The notes under the pieces: model-generated
Told to the model about the DNA's origin: nothing
The model's database searches: none
What the model saw: only the letters and a program-made list of their open reading frames with translations
Shown here: piece after piece, positions 1-12,910 of the stretch
Layout of the letters: each line of letters starts with the position of its first letter
Position numbering within the stretch: the first letter of the stretch is position 1
Translations under genes and position numbers: made by a program
Assembly (NCBI GenBank): GCA_964016885.1
Contig: OZ024744.1
Span: 81,530,001 to 81,594,000 of the forward strand
Source: Eledone cirrhosa
Taxonomy: Eukaryota
Length of the DNA stretch: 64,000 nucleotides
Direction: 5' to 3'

Positions 1-91
1 GAATCTCCTTTTTCCATTTGGCATATAAAATATTATCTGGCTGACAACTGTAAAGAATTACTGGTTAGCACTAAATCTTCAGTTTTTCCTT

Positions 92-544
92 TCATCTTTG
101 CTTCCATTGGGTAAAACCCTGCAGTATTACGAGAGAGATAAAATGTGAATATTTTATAGCTGTGAGGAAAAGTACTTTTCGTTTTCTAACTTCCTTTGAT
201 AGAAAATATGGAATATATGTAGCCAAAATTGTTGAAATAAATGAAATCAAAAAGAACATATTTAAATTATCTACATATGTTTGTAGCAGAGTTATTGTCG
301 GGCATGTTATGTGAGGACTTAATTTAAAAGGCAGATACAAATTGGTGTCTGGTATTATAGGCACATCTTGCTTGTTATATCCAGTATCACAGCCAAATGG
401 CTTTATAAGTTTATAGTAGTTTAGTACTGTAAGTAACACAAAAGGATAAAAGTCAAATAAAATTGACGCAGTATCATAAAAAATTCTTTCAAACAGTGGT
501 GATGAAGATTTCTTGTCTCTTTCAACAAGATATTTATCATCCAT
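92..544 (-). CDS. Unassigned 150-aa ORF with 2-3 hydrophobic segments (possible membrane-protein exon or pseudogene)
   Basis: ATG-started ORF in non-repetitive sequence. Hydrophobic stretches ILFDFYPFVLLTVL and MFFLISFISTILATYIPYFL flank a loop with two Cys. No family recognised. Confidence 0.25.
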   Translation of the reverse strand: MDDKYLVERDKKSSSPLFERIFYDTASILFDFYPFVLLTVLNYYKLIKPFGCDTGYNKQDVPIIPDTNLYLPFKLSPHITCPTITLLQTYVDNLNMFFLISFISTILATYIPYFLSKEVRKRKVLFLTAIKYSHFISLVILQGFTQWKQR

Positions 545-1324
545 CTTTGCAACACGAAAGCTGTTTCCGAAATGATATTTAAAATGACTTCATGACATCA
601 TAAATATCTGCTGAGGTCATAATGACTTTCTCTATATTGTTCCTTCATCTCTTTATGGATTAGTTTGCTTAATAACATTTTGTATTAGTGAAGAATTTTC
701 TCTAGCTAACCTATTTGCTGGTGCAAATAAAACTGTTTTTACTAATGTTGCTGTCGATTGTCTAGTGTTTGCTTTGGTTAGTTACTGTAGTCATACATTT
801 AAAAAAAGGAGTTATGATTGGCTGAGAGAAATGTAGATTAACTAACAGACTCACAGACTAGAACTGATACAACTGTGAATTAGCTAACAGTTCTATTCAT
901 ATGGTGAATAAAAATATAATTGTAGGGAAAGGGTCACATTTTATTAAATCTTTTTTTATTGTATTTCAATTGATTAATGGAGAATTTTTAGAGATTTACT
1001 AAAATTATTATTTATTTCATTTCTACGATGACAACTTAACATATGATTTTTATATTATTCAACATGTGGTCTTTTTTGAGGTGTTGTTTTTTGGCCAGAT
1101 GCCTTTCCTGGCAGTAACTCTTTTAGTCACTGCTTACGGCATGCAGAGATGTGATGTGCTGCCAGATATGTTAAATGGTTAATTTGAATTTGTACTGGGA
1201 AAAGGAATGACTGGTAATTTTTATTGTAAAGCAGTTACAGAAGTAGAGAGGAAGTATTTGTTTTGGGATTTGTTGATCTGGAGAAAGCTTTCGATAGGGT
1301 TCCATGTAAAATAGTGACACGCTT

Positions 1325-1550
1325 TAACCCTTAGTATTTAAACTGGCTGTATCTGGCCAGAATTCTCTCACCTCTTTCTGTTCAAACTGGCTGTAACCAG
1401 CCACTCATACTTATGTTAAGGTATTGTTTTCAAAATAAATAATATCAAAATCTCGTAGCTTTGATATTATGTGAACTAATTATTTGAGTTAAAACCTTTA
1501 CCGTGAAAATATAATAGTAAATATAGAGTAGTGTAAATGTTAAAGGGTTA
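1325..1550 (+). mobile_element. piggyBac-type MITE (~220 bp, family A) interrupting an RTE RT fragment
   Basis: TTAA-CCCTT... ...AAGGG-TTAA termini. The flanks read FVDLEKAFDRVP on the left and KKLGVQEWLV on the right, i.e. contiguous RT sequence split by the MITE. Confidence 0.75.
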
Positions 1551-2041
1551 AAAAAGTTAGGAGTGCAGGAATGGTTAGTTACATTAGTGATGACATTGAA
1601 GCAAACATTTGCCTCTTTTGTTACTATATTTCTATTGAGAGATAATTCCTATTGTTTTCAAACCATTTTGAAAATATAATAAAGAATACTTAAAAAGGTT
1701 CTTACATAAAATTATGATAGAAAATCTTTACATAAATATAAACACTTTAAAATAAAGAGGTCAATATCATAGAACCAGGGCTGACTTTAGGTAGTATCAA
1801 AAGGGCTACTATCTTTCTTAGAAATACTTCTGGTTTCTGATTTAGGCACAAGGCCATCAATTTTGGGAGAGGGGGGAAAAAGTCAATTAAATCGACCCCA
1901 ATGCGTGACTGGTACTTTATTTAATGATGCCATCATCATTACAACTATACTTAATTATACTTTGATAAAGTAGAACAGGTGTGTGTATGCATGGTGGTGG
2001 CGACTGCGAATCCTCAAATATACCAAGTCATCCGTCTAGTG

Positions 2042-2731
2042 TAAAGGTTCTCAACGGGGGGCATATGCACCCGGGGGGGGGGGGGGGCGTTTTGGGGGCA
2101 AGGTCACGTTAGGAGGGGGGGGGGGGCTGGAAGGCTCTTTAATTTGGTTTTATAAGCCATATTTGTATGTCTTTGAGACAGCTAGTGTGAATGCATTTGA
2201 ATGAGCTTGCAGACACCATAACTATAGTCTGACCGCAGGTGTGCAGGCATGTCCGGTAATTGAGATGTTAACCGGTAATTGAGACGTTAACCGGTAATTG
2301 AGACGTTAACCGGTAATTGAGATCCTAAAAATGGAAAAACCCACAGTCAACTGGGTCAAAGACACTTTGAGCGCAGCCAGTTAGAATCTTATCTTTCCTT
2401 CACCGATAACAATGTATTTCATGTCTGAAATTATTGACTCAACCGTAACAAGTTAACACTATGTAGATCTATTTTATTCCCTATTGTATAAATAATATTA
2501 CAAATAAAAAAAAAGAAAAGAAAAAAACAGAAGCGAGTAAAACACACATCTAGGACCACATACAACACATAATCAGATAATACACACATCTTTGGAATAT
2601 TGTTAATCAATTTTTTAGTTATCTACTGATATAAAAATCAGTAGTATATTGAAAAATGGAAAAATAGGGGGGGGGGGGTCGTTTCGAGGGACAAAAGGGG
2701 GCGTTTGGCCTAAATGGGTTGAGAACCTGTG
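2042..2731. mobile_element. Non-autonomous hAT (Charlie-like) element with internal 19-bp tandem repeat
   Basis: TIRs taaaggttctcaac / gttgagaacctgtg. 8-bp TSD gtctagtg / gtctagta. About 4 copies of ccggtaattgagacgttaa at 2253-2325. Confidence 0.7.
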
Positions 2732-2855
2732 GTCTAGTACATATGTACCAGAATACCAGAAATGATACCCAAATGCTAACAGAATACAACAAAACATTAG
2801 AAATGTAGATATTTAAAATAGAAACACCAAAAGGAGACACATTAATATAAATAGT

Positions 2856-3008
2856 CACAGGCATGAATGTGTGGTTCACAGCCACAACCACATGGTTTCA
2901 AATTCAGACCCACTGCATGGCACCTTGGGCAAGTGTCTTCTACTATAGCCCAGGTTGACCAATGTCTTCTAAGTAAAATTTGTTTGACAGAATCTGTGTG
3001 GAAAACTG

Positions 3009-3010
<2 letters not shown>
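2856..3010 (+). mobile_element. tRNA-derived CORE-type SINE (degenerate)
   Basis: B-box-like ttcaaattc followed by CORE-like ccttgggcaagtgtctt; ends at (TA)n. Confidence 0.55.
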
Positions 3011-3042
<32 letters not shown>

Positions 3043-3123
3043 CAAATGTATACGGGAACAAAACAGAGAGGCAGACAAATAAAGGTTTATTAGGTTCACG
3101 CTTTTGAGAGTGGGAGGGGGGGG

Positions 3124-3154
3124 GACCTTTCGGGCATAAGCCCTTCTTCAGGAG
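3124..3154 (-). ncRNA. Hammerhead-like motif (stem I not formed)
   Basis: Minus strand reads CUGAAGA-A-GGGC-UUAU-GCCC-GAAA-GGUC. Core and stem II are present; stem I pairing is absent. Confidence 0.35.
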
Positions 3155-3938
3155 TAAATAGGTTAGGAAGAGAGTTCAGAGGGTGTGTGGAAATACATTT
3201 AGAAAAAAGGGGGAAGGAGAAAAAATAAACATAAGAATAAATAAGGTGAGCAAGCGGTGGAAGGGTGTGAGGCGTGTAAGGGAGGTGACGGGTGGAGTTG
3301 GGGGAGAGGGAGGGGGTGGGGGACCGAAGGTGGTGTTTGTGTATGTGTGTAGGTGTACGCGAGTGTGTGTTCGTGGGTAAGGTCCTGAGGTAGTTCCATC
3401 GGGTGTGTGAAGGGATGCTGGATATTTTTCATGTTATGGAGTGGATGGCTGGAGAAGTGCCCGGTAGTGTAGAATCCATAGTTGGTGGTGGTCGGAAGTG
3501 GGGTGCGCGCGCAACAGGAAGTGGTCAGAGGGTGAAGAGATAGCAGTAGAGCGGGATGACAGGGTGGTGAGGACTGTGTGTGCGTGAAGGTGCGGTGGAC
3601 AGGGGAGAGGATGGGTAGGTGTGAAGGGTGGAGGGGGAAGGTGGTGAAGTGGGGCGATGGGGTGTATATTAGTAGAGGTGTTAGTGGGATGTGTGTGCGT
3701 GAAGGGGTGTAGGTGGAGCGGAGAGAGAGGGAGGGAGAGAAGAGGTGTTAGGTTAGTTGGTACACCACTGGATAGAACTGGTCATTCCGTATGGTCAATC
3801 TCGGTGTAATATTATGGAGAGCACTCAACGTAATGCAACTCACCCGTCTTCGTTTGTGTAGTTGGTGGTGTGAGTATGGAGTTAATTATTATAAAATAAC
3901 AAGAGGCTGGACTGGTGTAAATCCTTGAAAGGTTTATT

Positions 3939-3996
3939 ATACTATGATCATTTCAATGACCGGGTTCAGTATGAATCTGGTGATATCATCAGGTAT
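3939..3996 (-). ncRNA. Type-I minimal hammerhead ribozyme motif (left arm of palindrome)
   Basis: AUAC-CUGAUGA-...-GAAA-UGAUCAU-A-GUAU on the minus strand. Confidence 0.65.
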
Positions 3997-4202
3997 TCAA
4001 AATATAACAATGGAATATAACATAAAATCCATGGGGCTGAAAATCAGAGACAAGAGGACGACCAACTATTTAGCAGCTTCTACCTCAGTCAGTCGCCTTC
4101 GAGGTCGCGACTGAGGTAGAAGCTGCTAAATAGTCGGTTGTCCTCTTGTCTCTGATTTTCAGCCCCATGGATTTTATGTTATATTCCTTTGTTATATTTT
4201 GA

Positions 4203-4260
4203 ATACCTGATGATGTCACCAGATTCATACTGAACCCGGTCATTGAAATGATCATAGTAT
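4203..4260 (+). ncRNA. Type-I minimal hammerhead ribozyme motif (right arm of palindrome)
   Basis: Stem I AUAC/GUAU, core CUGAUGA and GAAA, palindromic stem III AUGAUCAU, AUA triplet. Stem II is interrupted (ACC/GGU, UUCA/UGAA). Confidence 0.65.
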
Positions 4261-4455
4261 AATAAACCTTTCAAGGATTTACACCAGTCCAGCCACCTGT
4301 TATTTATATATATATATATATATATATATCATAAATCATGTCCCTAGAATTATTAGATAAAATATATACAATTTCCTCTCCCAATTAGCATAATTAACCA
4401 TATAAAAATCAATTAGACCAGGCTATAAGAATAAAGGCTCCTATGAAGAAATATA

Positions 4456-4528
<73 letters not shown>

Positions 4529-4837
4529 GTGAGGTTTTTTTTACAGAGTGAGGTTTTTTTTACAGATGTGAGAAAAACCACAGACCCTCCATCTCAACTC
4601 ACCTTTTGAAAAGCAGAAGAACTGCGAAACCGGTAAAGGAACCAAATAAATATATATATTTAAAAAAAAAATAAGACTCCAGTTGCATTTTCGATTTCAT
4701 CTCTTTTTCTTTATATATATATATATGTATGTATATATATCTGATAGGGTGTGGTAAAATACCAGGTGGACCACATCCCACCAGAGTACTCGAAACATCC
4801 GGAGCTTAGCTGTCGGGGTCCTGAATCTTTTCATATA

Positions 4838-4898
<61 letters not shown>

Positions 4899-5260
4899 AT
4901 GATATATATATATGAATAAAACACACGGTGAAGACAGGAAAATGAACAAATACAAACTGTCCCATCTCACCAGTTGGCCACTAGAGATACATTGTTTCAG
5001 TGTTAGTAGTAATAATAAATGCAAAGACCAAAATCTAGGGAGAACTCGATAAGTGTTGTGTATATATATATATATATTTAGAAAATTATCAGAGAGGACA
5101 AGACTACGAACGAAATATATATATATATATGTTGAAGTTCTATTTAAATTGTTGGGATACAACAAGCAAATATTTTTATAACTGATATAAAGCACTCAAC
5201 AAATAATTGGAGTAAAAATACGATATTAACAAATGGAAACTATATTTATAAAACCATATT

Positions 5261-5325
5261 TATTTCATTATACATATTTCAAGGACACCAAGTTAAATTA
5301 TGGTGTGCTTTCATCAGATAAAATA
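5261..5325 (-). ncRNA. Type-I hammerhead ribozyme motif, family B
   Basis: UAUUUUAU-CUGAUGA-AAGCACACCA-loop-UGGUGUCCUU-GAAA-UAUGUAU-A-AUGAAAUA. 8-bp stem I and a 9-bp stem II with a C.C mismatch. Confidence 0.75.
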
Positions 5326-5740
5326 TAATATAGAGCAGTTTTATAAATAAATATTGACATACCCTTAAAGAATGCGACCATTTCTGTTGGAAGCTCCCGG
5401 ATATATATATATACTAGACCACCCGTGACCTGTTGGGTCATGTTCACTTTAAAATATTTTTTTTTAAATCGTGTTCACTTAAAAATAATTTTTAAATAAT
5501 AAAAATATACACAGACATGTATATAATGTGAAATGAAACTGGAAGGCCTATATATATACGTGAGTGTATGTATATATATATATGTGTGTGTGTGTAAACA
5601 TATACATATATATGTATGTGTGTGTATATATATATGTGGATGTCTGTGATCTACATGCACTGGTCATAAACACACATATATATATATATATTCACACACA
5701 CTCACACACACATATGTGGTGCTGTTGTGTGTGTATATAT

Positions 5741-8064
5741 ACAAGTGTACTTCGCAAGAAGGGAAGCAGAGGAAAGAAAGTTCAAGCATGTTCTACAACG
5801 TGAGGACCAAAAACGTGAGGTGTTCAGGATTGCCAGGCAATGTGTCAAGGAAAACCGTGATATTGTCGGGGAGAAGTGTGTACTTAACGATGATGGCATA
5901 CTTGCCATCACCGACGCTGATAAGAAGGTAGCTTGGAAGTGTCACTACGAAAGGCTTCTAAATGAGGAGAACAAATGGGAGAAAGACAGTCTCCCCCACA
6001 TCGACCCAATAGAGGGACCAGCAGTGTTAGTCCAGGGTAGTACAATAAGCAAGGCAATCAAAGATATGAAGACGGGTAAGGCGGCTGGTCCTTCGGAAAT
6101 AGTTGCTGAGATGCTGAAGGCATCTGGTTCGGTGGGACACACCATGGTCACCCGGATAGTTAACCAAGTCGTACAGAATGGGGTTGTTCCGAAGGACTGG
6201 CGTAGCAGCATCATCGTTAACTGCTATAAGGGAAAAGGAGATGCCCTAGATAGGAGTAACTATAGAGGCATTAAATTAATCGACCAGGTCATGAAGGTCA
6301 CGGAAAAAGTAATAGCGCAACTAATCTGAGAGAGAATTGATCTAGATGAAATGCAGTTCGGGTTTGTGTCAGGCAAAAGTACCACAGGCGCTCTTTTCAT
6401 TGTACGACAACTACAGGAGAAGTACCTAGCTAAAAGTAAACCCCTATACTTAGCTTTCGTCGACTTGGAGAAAGCCTTCGACAGAGTCCCCCGTTCCATT
6501 ATCTGGTGGTCTCTTAGAAAACTAGGTGTTGACGAATGGCTTGTGAGAGCTATACAAGCCATGTATAAAGAAACAGTCAGTAAGGTTAGAATTAACAACG
6601 AATATAGTGAAGAGTTTAGCGTAAAAGTTGGTGTCCATCAGGGCTCTGTTCTTAGCCCCCTACTATTTATTATTGCCCTTCAGGCTATAACAGAGGAGTT
6701 CAAGACCGGCTGCCCATGGGAACTCCTATACGCAGATGATCTAACGCTCATAGCTGAATCAATGACCGAACTAGAGAAGAAATTCCAAACATGGAAGCAC
6801 GGCCTAGAATCAAAAGGCCTTAAAATTAACCTGGCTAAGACTAAAGTTCTAGTTTGTAGGAAAGAAAATAAGGCGGCAGTCCCATCTGGGAAATGGCCAT
6901 GCTCAGTGTGTAGGAAAGGCGTAGGTAGAAACTCCATTTTATGTCCCAAATGCAAAGCATGGGTTCTATAGAAATAGTGGACAGCTTCCGTTACCTGGGT
7001 GACAAAATCAGCAGTGGGGGAGGTTGCTCTGAAAGTACAGTAGCTAGAGTCAGAACTGGATGGAAAAAGTTCAGAGAGCTTATACCACTATTAGCTGCTA
7101 GAGGGTTCTCCCTAAAAATGAAAGGCAGGTTATACGATGCCTGCATACGAACAGCAATGCTGCATGGCAGTGAGACCTGGGCATTGTGTGCAGAGGATAT
7201 ACGCAGACTAGAGAGGAACGAAGCTTGCATGCTCCGCTGGATGTGCAATAGTAATATACGTGAACGGCAAAGCATAAACGAACTAAGGAAAAAATTAGAA
7301 ATAAGAGGGATCAGATGTTGTTTACTCGAGAGAAGGCTACGTTGGTACGGTCATGTGATGCACATGAAAGACGACAGCTGTATAACAAAGTGCAGGGCAA
7401 TAAAGATAGACGGTAGCCACGGAGTAGGCAGACCCAGAAAAACATGGGACGAGCTGATAAATTCCGACCTCACACGCTTACACCTCTCCAAGACAATGTC
7501 ACTGGACCGAGACCTTTGGCGGTACTCAGTAATAGAGAAGACCCGCCTTACCTAAATACAAAGTAAAAACCTACTACAGTCAGTAGGCATCTCTATCAAA
7601 ACACCCCCCCGTCCCACCACCTCCACCCCATCCACACCGCCCCTTTCAATGTAAAGTTATGTTGGTCCCACAACATCCAGGCCGAAACAAATGAGATCGT
7701 GTAGGTGTCACGATAAAAAAACACACAGTCCACGCTGTAAATGTGGCCGTGTAGGCAACACGGTAAAAACCTCCCAGCCCCACACTGTAAATGTGGTTGG
7801 TGTTAGGAAGGGCATCCAGCTGTAGAAAATCCGCCAGACAGTCCACGCTGTAATGTGGCCGTGTAGGCAACACGGTAAAAACCTCCCAGCCCCACACTGT
7901 AAATGTGGTTGGTGTTAGGAAGGGCATCCAACTGTAGAAAACCCGCCAGACAGTCCTATGCGAGCAAGACAACCACTCTTGCCTCAAGTGGGAAAACCCC
8001 CGTCCAAACCCATGCAAGCGTGGAACACGGACGCTAAACCTGATGATGATGATGATGATGATGA

Positions 8065-8068
<4 letters not shown>
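5741..8068 (+). mobile_element. RTE LINE copy 1, 5'-truncated and inactivated
   Basis: RT motifs NYRGIKLI, FVDLEKAFDRVP, GVHQGSVLSP, LLYADDL. Nonsense codon at 6327-6329, frameshifting deletion at ~6964, 3'UTR with a 112-bp duplication, (GAT)n tail. Confidence 0.95.
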
Positions 8069-8103
<35 letters not shown>

Positions 8104-8422
8104 ACAACACCACCAGCTCTCTTCCATTTTCATTCTCTGTCTCCTCTCCCTCTTTCTGTCTCTCTTTCAATCTACTCTCTCACAACCACTATCTCTTTCT
8201 CTCTATCTTTTTCTCTCTTTGTTTACTTTGTTTATGAGGGCACCAGGAAAAACCCCATATGTCGGGAACCCGGGGTCCAATTTACGCGAAATTTGTTTTG
8301 TTCCATTTGTATTCCGATTTCAGGGTCAACTTCCTTTCAAAGTATTTTCCAATTATGCGCCCTTTTTGCTGTATTACATTACAGATAAGCAAGCCAGCAA
8401 CCACAGACTTTTAGTATTATAT

Positions 8423-9332
8423 AAAATGTATACACCATTCTAATATATATATTGCCTGTACAGGTAATCAAAGTGTGTATACATTTTTCGGGGACACCAT
8501 ATATATATATATACCGGTGTCCCTAAAAATGTATACACCATTCTAATATATATATTGCCTGTACAGGTAATCAAAGTGTGTATACATTTTTCCGGGACAC
8601 CATATATATATATATATATATACCGGTGTCCCGAAAAATGTATACACCATTCTAATATATATATTGCCTGTACAGGTAATCAAAGTGTGTATATATTTTT
8701 CCGGGACACCATATATATATATATATACCGGTATCCCTAAAAATGTATACACCATTCTAATATATATATTGCCTGTACAGGTAATCAAAGTGTGTATATA
8801 TTTTTCCGGGACACCATATATATATATATATATACCGGTATCCCTAAAAATGTATACACCATTCTAATATATATATTGCCTGTACAGGTAATCAAAGTGG
8901 GTATACATTTTTCGGGGACACCATATATATATATATATATACCGGAGTCCCTAAAAATGTATAAGCCATTCTAATATATATATTACCTGTACAGGTAATC
9001 AAAGTGTGTATACATTTTTCCGGGACACCATATATATATACCGGGGTCCCTAAAAATGTATACACCTTTCTAATATATATATTGCCTGTACAGGTAATCA
9101 AAGTGTGTATACATTTTTCGGGGACACCATATATATATATATATACCGGAGTCCCTAAAAATGTATACACCATTCTAATATATATATTGCCTGTACAGAT
9201 AATCAAAGTGTGTATACATTTTTCGGGGACACCATATATATATATACCGGAGTCCCTAAAAATGTATACACCATTCTAATATATATATTGCCTGTACAGG
9301 TAATCAAAGTGGGTATACATTTTTCGGGGACA

Positions 9333-9387
<55 letters not shown>

Positions 9388-9675
9388 AGGGTCCCTAAAA
9401 ATGTATACACCATTCTAATATATATATTGCCTGTACAGGTAATTAAAGTGTGTATACATTTTTCGGGGACACCATATATATATATACCGGGGTCCCTAAA
9501 AATGTATACACCATTCTAATATATATATTGCCTGTACAGGTAATCAAAGTGTGTATACATTTTTCGGGGACACCATATATATATATATACCGGGGTCCCT
9601 AAAAATGTATACACCATTCTAATATATATATTGCCTGTACAGGTAATCAAAGTGTGTATACATTTTTCGGGGACA

Positions 9676-9712
<37 letters not shown>

Positions 9713-9796
9713 GGTGTCCCGAAAAATGTATACACCATTCTAATATATATATTGCCTGTACAGGTAATCAAAGTGTGTATACATTTTTCGGGGACA

Positions 9797-9841
<45 letters not shown>

Positions 9842-10516
9842 GGTGTCCCGAAAAATGTATACACCATTCTAATATATATATTGCCTGTACAGGTAATCAA
9901 AGTGTGTATACATTTTTCGGGGACACCATATATATATATACCGGTGTCCCTAAAAATGTATACACCATTCTAATATATATATTGCCTGTACAGGTAATCA
10001 AAGTGTGTATACATTTTTCGGGGACTCCATATATATATATACCGGAGTCCCTAAAAATGTATACACCTTTCTAATATATATATTGCCTGTACAGGTAATC
10101 AAAGTGTGTATGCATTTTTCGGGGGTCCCTAAAAATGTATACACCATTCTAATATATATATTGCCTGTACAGGTAATCAAAGTGTGTATACATTTTTCGG
10201 GGACACCATATATATATATATACCGGTGTCCCTAAAAATGTATACACCATTCTAATATATATATATTGCCTGTACAGGTAATCAAAGTGGGTATACATTT
10301 TTCGGGGACACCATATATATATATATATACCGGAGTCCCTAAAAATGTATACACCATTCTAATATATATATTGCCTGTACAGATAATCAAAGTGTGTATA
10401 CATTTTTCGGGGACACCATATATATATATACCGGTGTCCCTAAAAATGTATACACCATTCTAATATATATATTGCCTGTACAGGTAATCAAAGTGGGTAT
10501 ACATTTTTCGGGGACA

Positions 10517-10551
<35 letters not shown>

Positions 10552-10938
10552 AGGGTCCCTAAAAATGTATACACCATTCTAATATATATATTGCCTGTAC
10601 AGGTAATTAAAGTGTGTATACATTTTTCGGGGACACCATACATATATATACCGGGGTCCCTAAAAATGTATACACCATTCTAATATATATATTGCCTGTA
10701 CAGGTAATTAAAGTGTGTATACATTTTTCGGGGACACCATATATATATATACCGGGGTCCCTAAAAATGTATACACCATTCTAATATATATATTGCCTGT
10801 ACAGATAATCAAAGTGTGTATACATTTTTCGGGGACACCATATATATATATACCGGTGTCCCTAAAAATGTATACACCATTCTAATATATATATTGCCTG
10901 TACAGGTAATCAAAGTGGGTATACATTTTTCGGGGACA

Positions 10939-10973
<35 letters not shown>

Positions 10974-11980
10974 AGGGTCCCTAAAAATGTATACACCATT
11001 CTAATATATATATTGCCTGTACAGGTAATTAAAGTGTGTATACATTTTTCGGGGACACCATATATATATATACCGGGGTCCCTAAAAATGTATACACCAT
11101 TCTAATATATATATTGCCTGTACAGGTAATTAAAGTGTGTATACATTTTTCGGGGACACCATATATATATATACCGGGGTCCCTAAAAATGTATACACCA
11201 TTCTAATATATATATTGCCTGTACAGGTAATCAAAGTGTGTATACATTTTTCGGGAACACCATATATATATATATATACCGGGGTCCCTAAATATGTATA
11301 CACCATTCTAATATATATATTGCCTGTACAGGTAATCAAAGTGTGTATACATTTTTCGGAGACACCATATATATATATATACCGGGGTCCCTAAAAATGT
11401 ATACACCATTCTAATATATATATTGCCTGTACAGGTAATCAAAGTGTGTAAGCATTTTTCGGGGACACCATATATATATATACCGGGGTCCCTAAAAATG
11501 TATACACCATTCTAATATATATATTGCCTGTACAGATAATCAAAGTGTGTATACATTTTTCGGTGACATAATATATATATATATATATATACCGGGGTTC
11601 CTAAAAATGTATACACCATTCTAATATATATATTGCCTGTACAGGTAATCAAAGTGTGTATACATTTTTCGGGGACACCATATATATATATATACCGGGG
11701 TCCCTAAAAATGTATACACAATTCTAATATATATATTGCCTGTACAGGTAATCAAAGTGTGTATACATTTTTCGGGGACACCATATATATATATACCGGT
11801 GTCCCTAAAAATGTATACACCATTCTAATATATATATTGCCTGTACAGGTAATCAAAGTGTGTATACATTTTTCGGGGACACCATATATATATATACCGG
11901 TGTCCCTAAAAATGTATACACCATTCTAATATATATATTGCCTGTACAGGTAATCAAAGTGTGTATACATTTTTCGGGGA

Positions 11981-12021
<41 letters not shown>

Positions 12022-12212
12022 GGGGTCCCTAAAAATGTATACACCATTCTAATATATATATTGCCTGTACAGGTAATCAAAGTGTGTATACATTTTTCGG
12101 GGACATAATATATATATATATATACCGGGGTTCCTAAAAACGTATACACCATTCTAATATATATATATTGCCTGTACAGGTAATCAAAGTGTGTATACAT
12201 TTTTCGGGGACA

Positions 12213-12253
<41 letters not shown>

Positions 12254-12339
12254 GGGGTCCCTAAAAATGTATACACCATTCTAATATATATATTGCCTGT
12301 ACAGGTAATCAAAGTGTGTATACATTTTTCGGGGACACC

Positions 12340-12377
<38 letters not shown>

Positions 12378-12567
12378 ATATATACTGGGATCCCTAAAAA
12401 TGTATACACCATTCTAATATATATATTGACTGTACAGGTAATCAAAGTGTGTATACATTTTTCGGGGACACCATATATATACCGGGGTCCCTAAAAATGT
12501 ATACATCATTCTAATATATATATTGCTTGTACAGGTAATCAAAGTGTGTATACATTTTTCTGGGACA

Positions 12568-12624
<57 letters not shown>

Positions 12625-12820
12625 GGGGTCCTTAAAAATGTATACACCATTCTAATATATATATTGCCTGTACAGGTAATCAAAGTGTGTATACTTTTTT
12701 CGGGGACACCATATATATATATATACCGGGGTCCCTAAAAACGTATACACCATCCTAACAAATAATGCATGTATAGGCAATCAAAGTGGGTATACATTTT
12801 TGTGGGGACAACCTGTATAT
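8423..12820. repeat. Tandem array of ~40 mariner-like MITE units (~100-140 bp) joined by variable (TA)n
   Basis: Unit ccggtgtccctaaaaatgtatacacc...cctgtacagg...gtgtgtatacatttttcggggacacc has ~23-bp TIRs. About 41 cctgtacag-type cores counted by eye. The last unit ends ggacaacctgta. Confidence 0.9.
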
Positions 12821-12910
12821 ACACAAATATGAACATATAGAGAAAGTGTGTGCAAGCAAGCAAGCAAGCAAACAATCAAGATCAGAGTTTTAGTAGTATA
12901 TAGATATATA

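Larger units (their letters stand above)
3893..4305. repeat. ~410-bp near-perfect palindrome (inverted Penelope-pLTR-like pair)
   Basis: Arms ~3893-4090 and 4109-4305 are reverse complements with few mismatches. Each arm has a hammerhead motif followed by AATAAA. The right end abuts (TA)n. Confidence 0.9.

Noticed and set aside
4741-4800. ctgatag...cgaaac hammerhead-like motif
   Set aside because: The core is not CUGANGA and stems I and III do not form.
8543-12738. Many short ORFs ([12 protein letters not shown]..., YIYIYI)
   Set aside because: They are translation by-products of the satellite and (TA)n.
8423-12820. CRISPR-like repeat-spacer array
   Set aside because: The spacers are only (TA)n of variable length, the repeats are ~90 bp, there are no cas genes and the context is eukaryotic.
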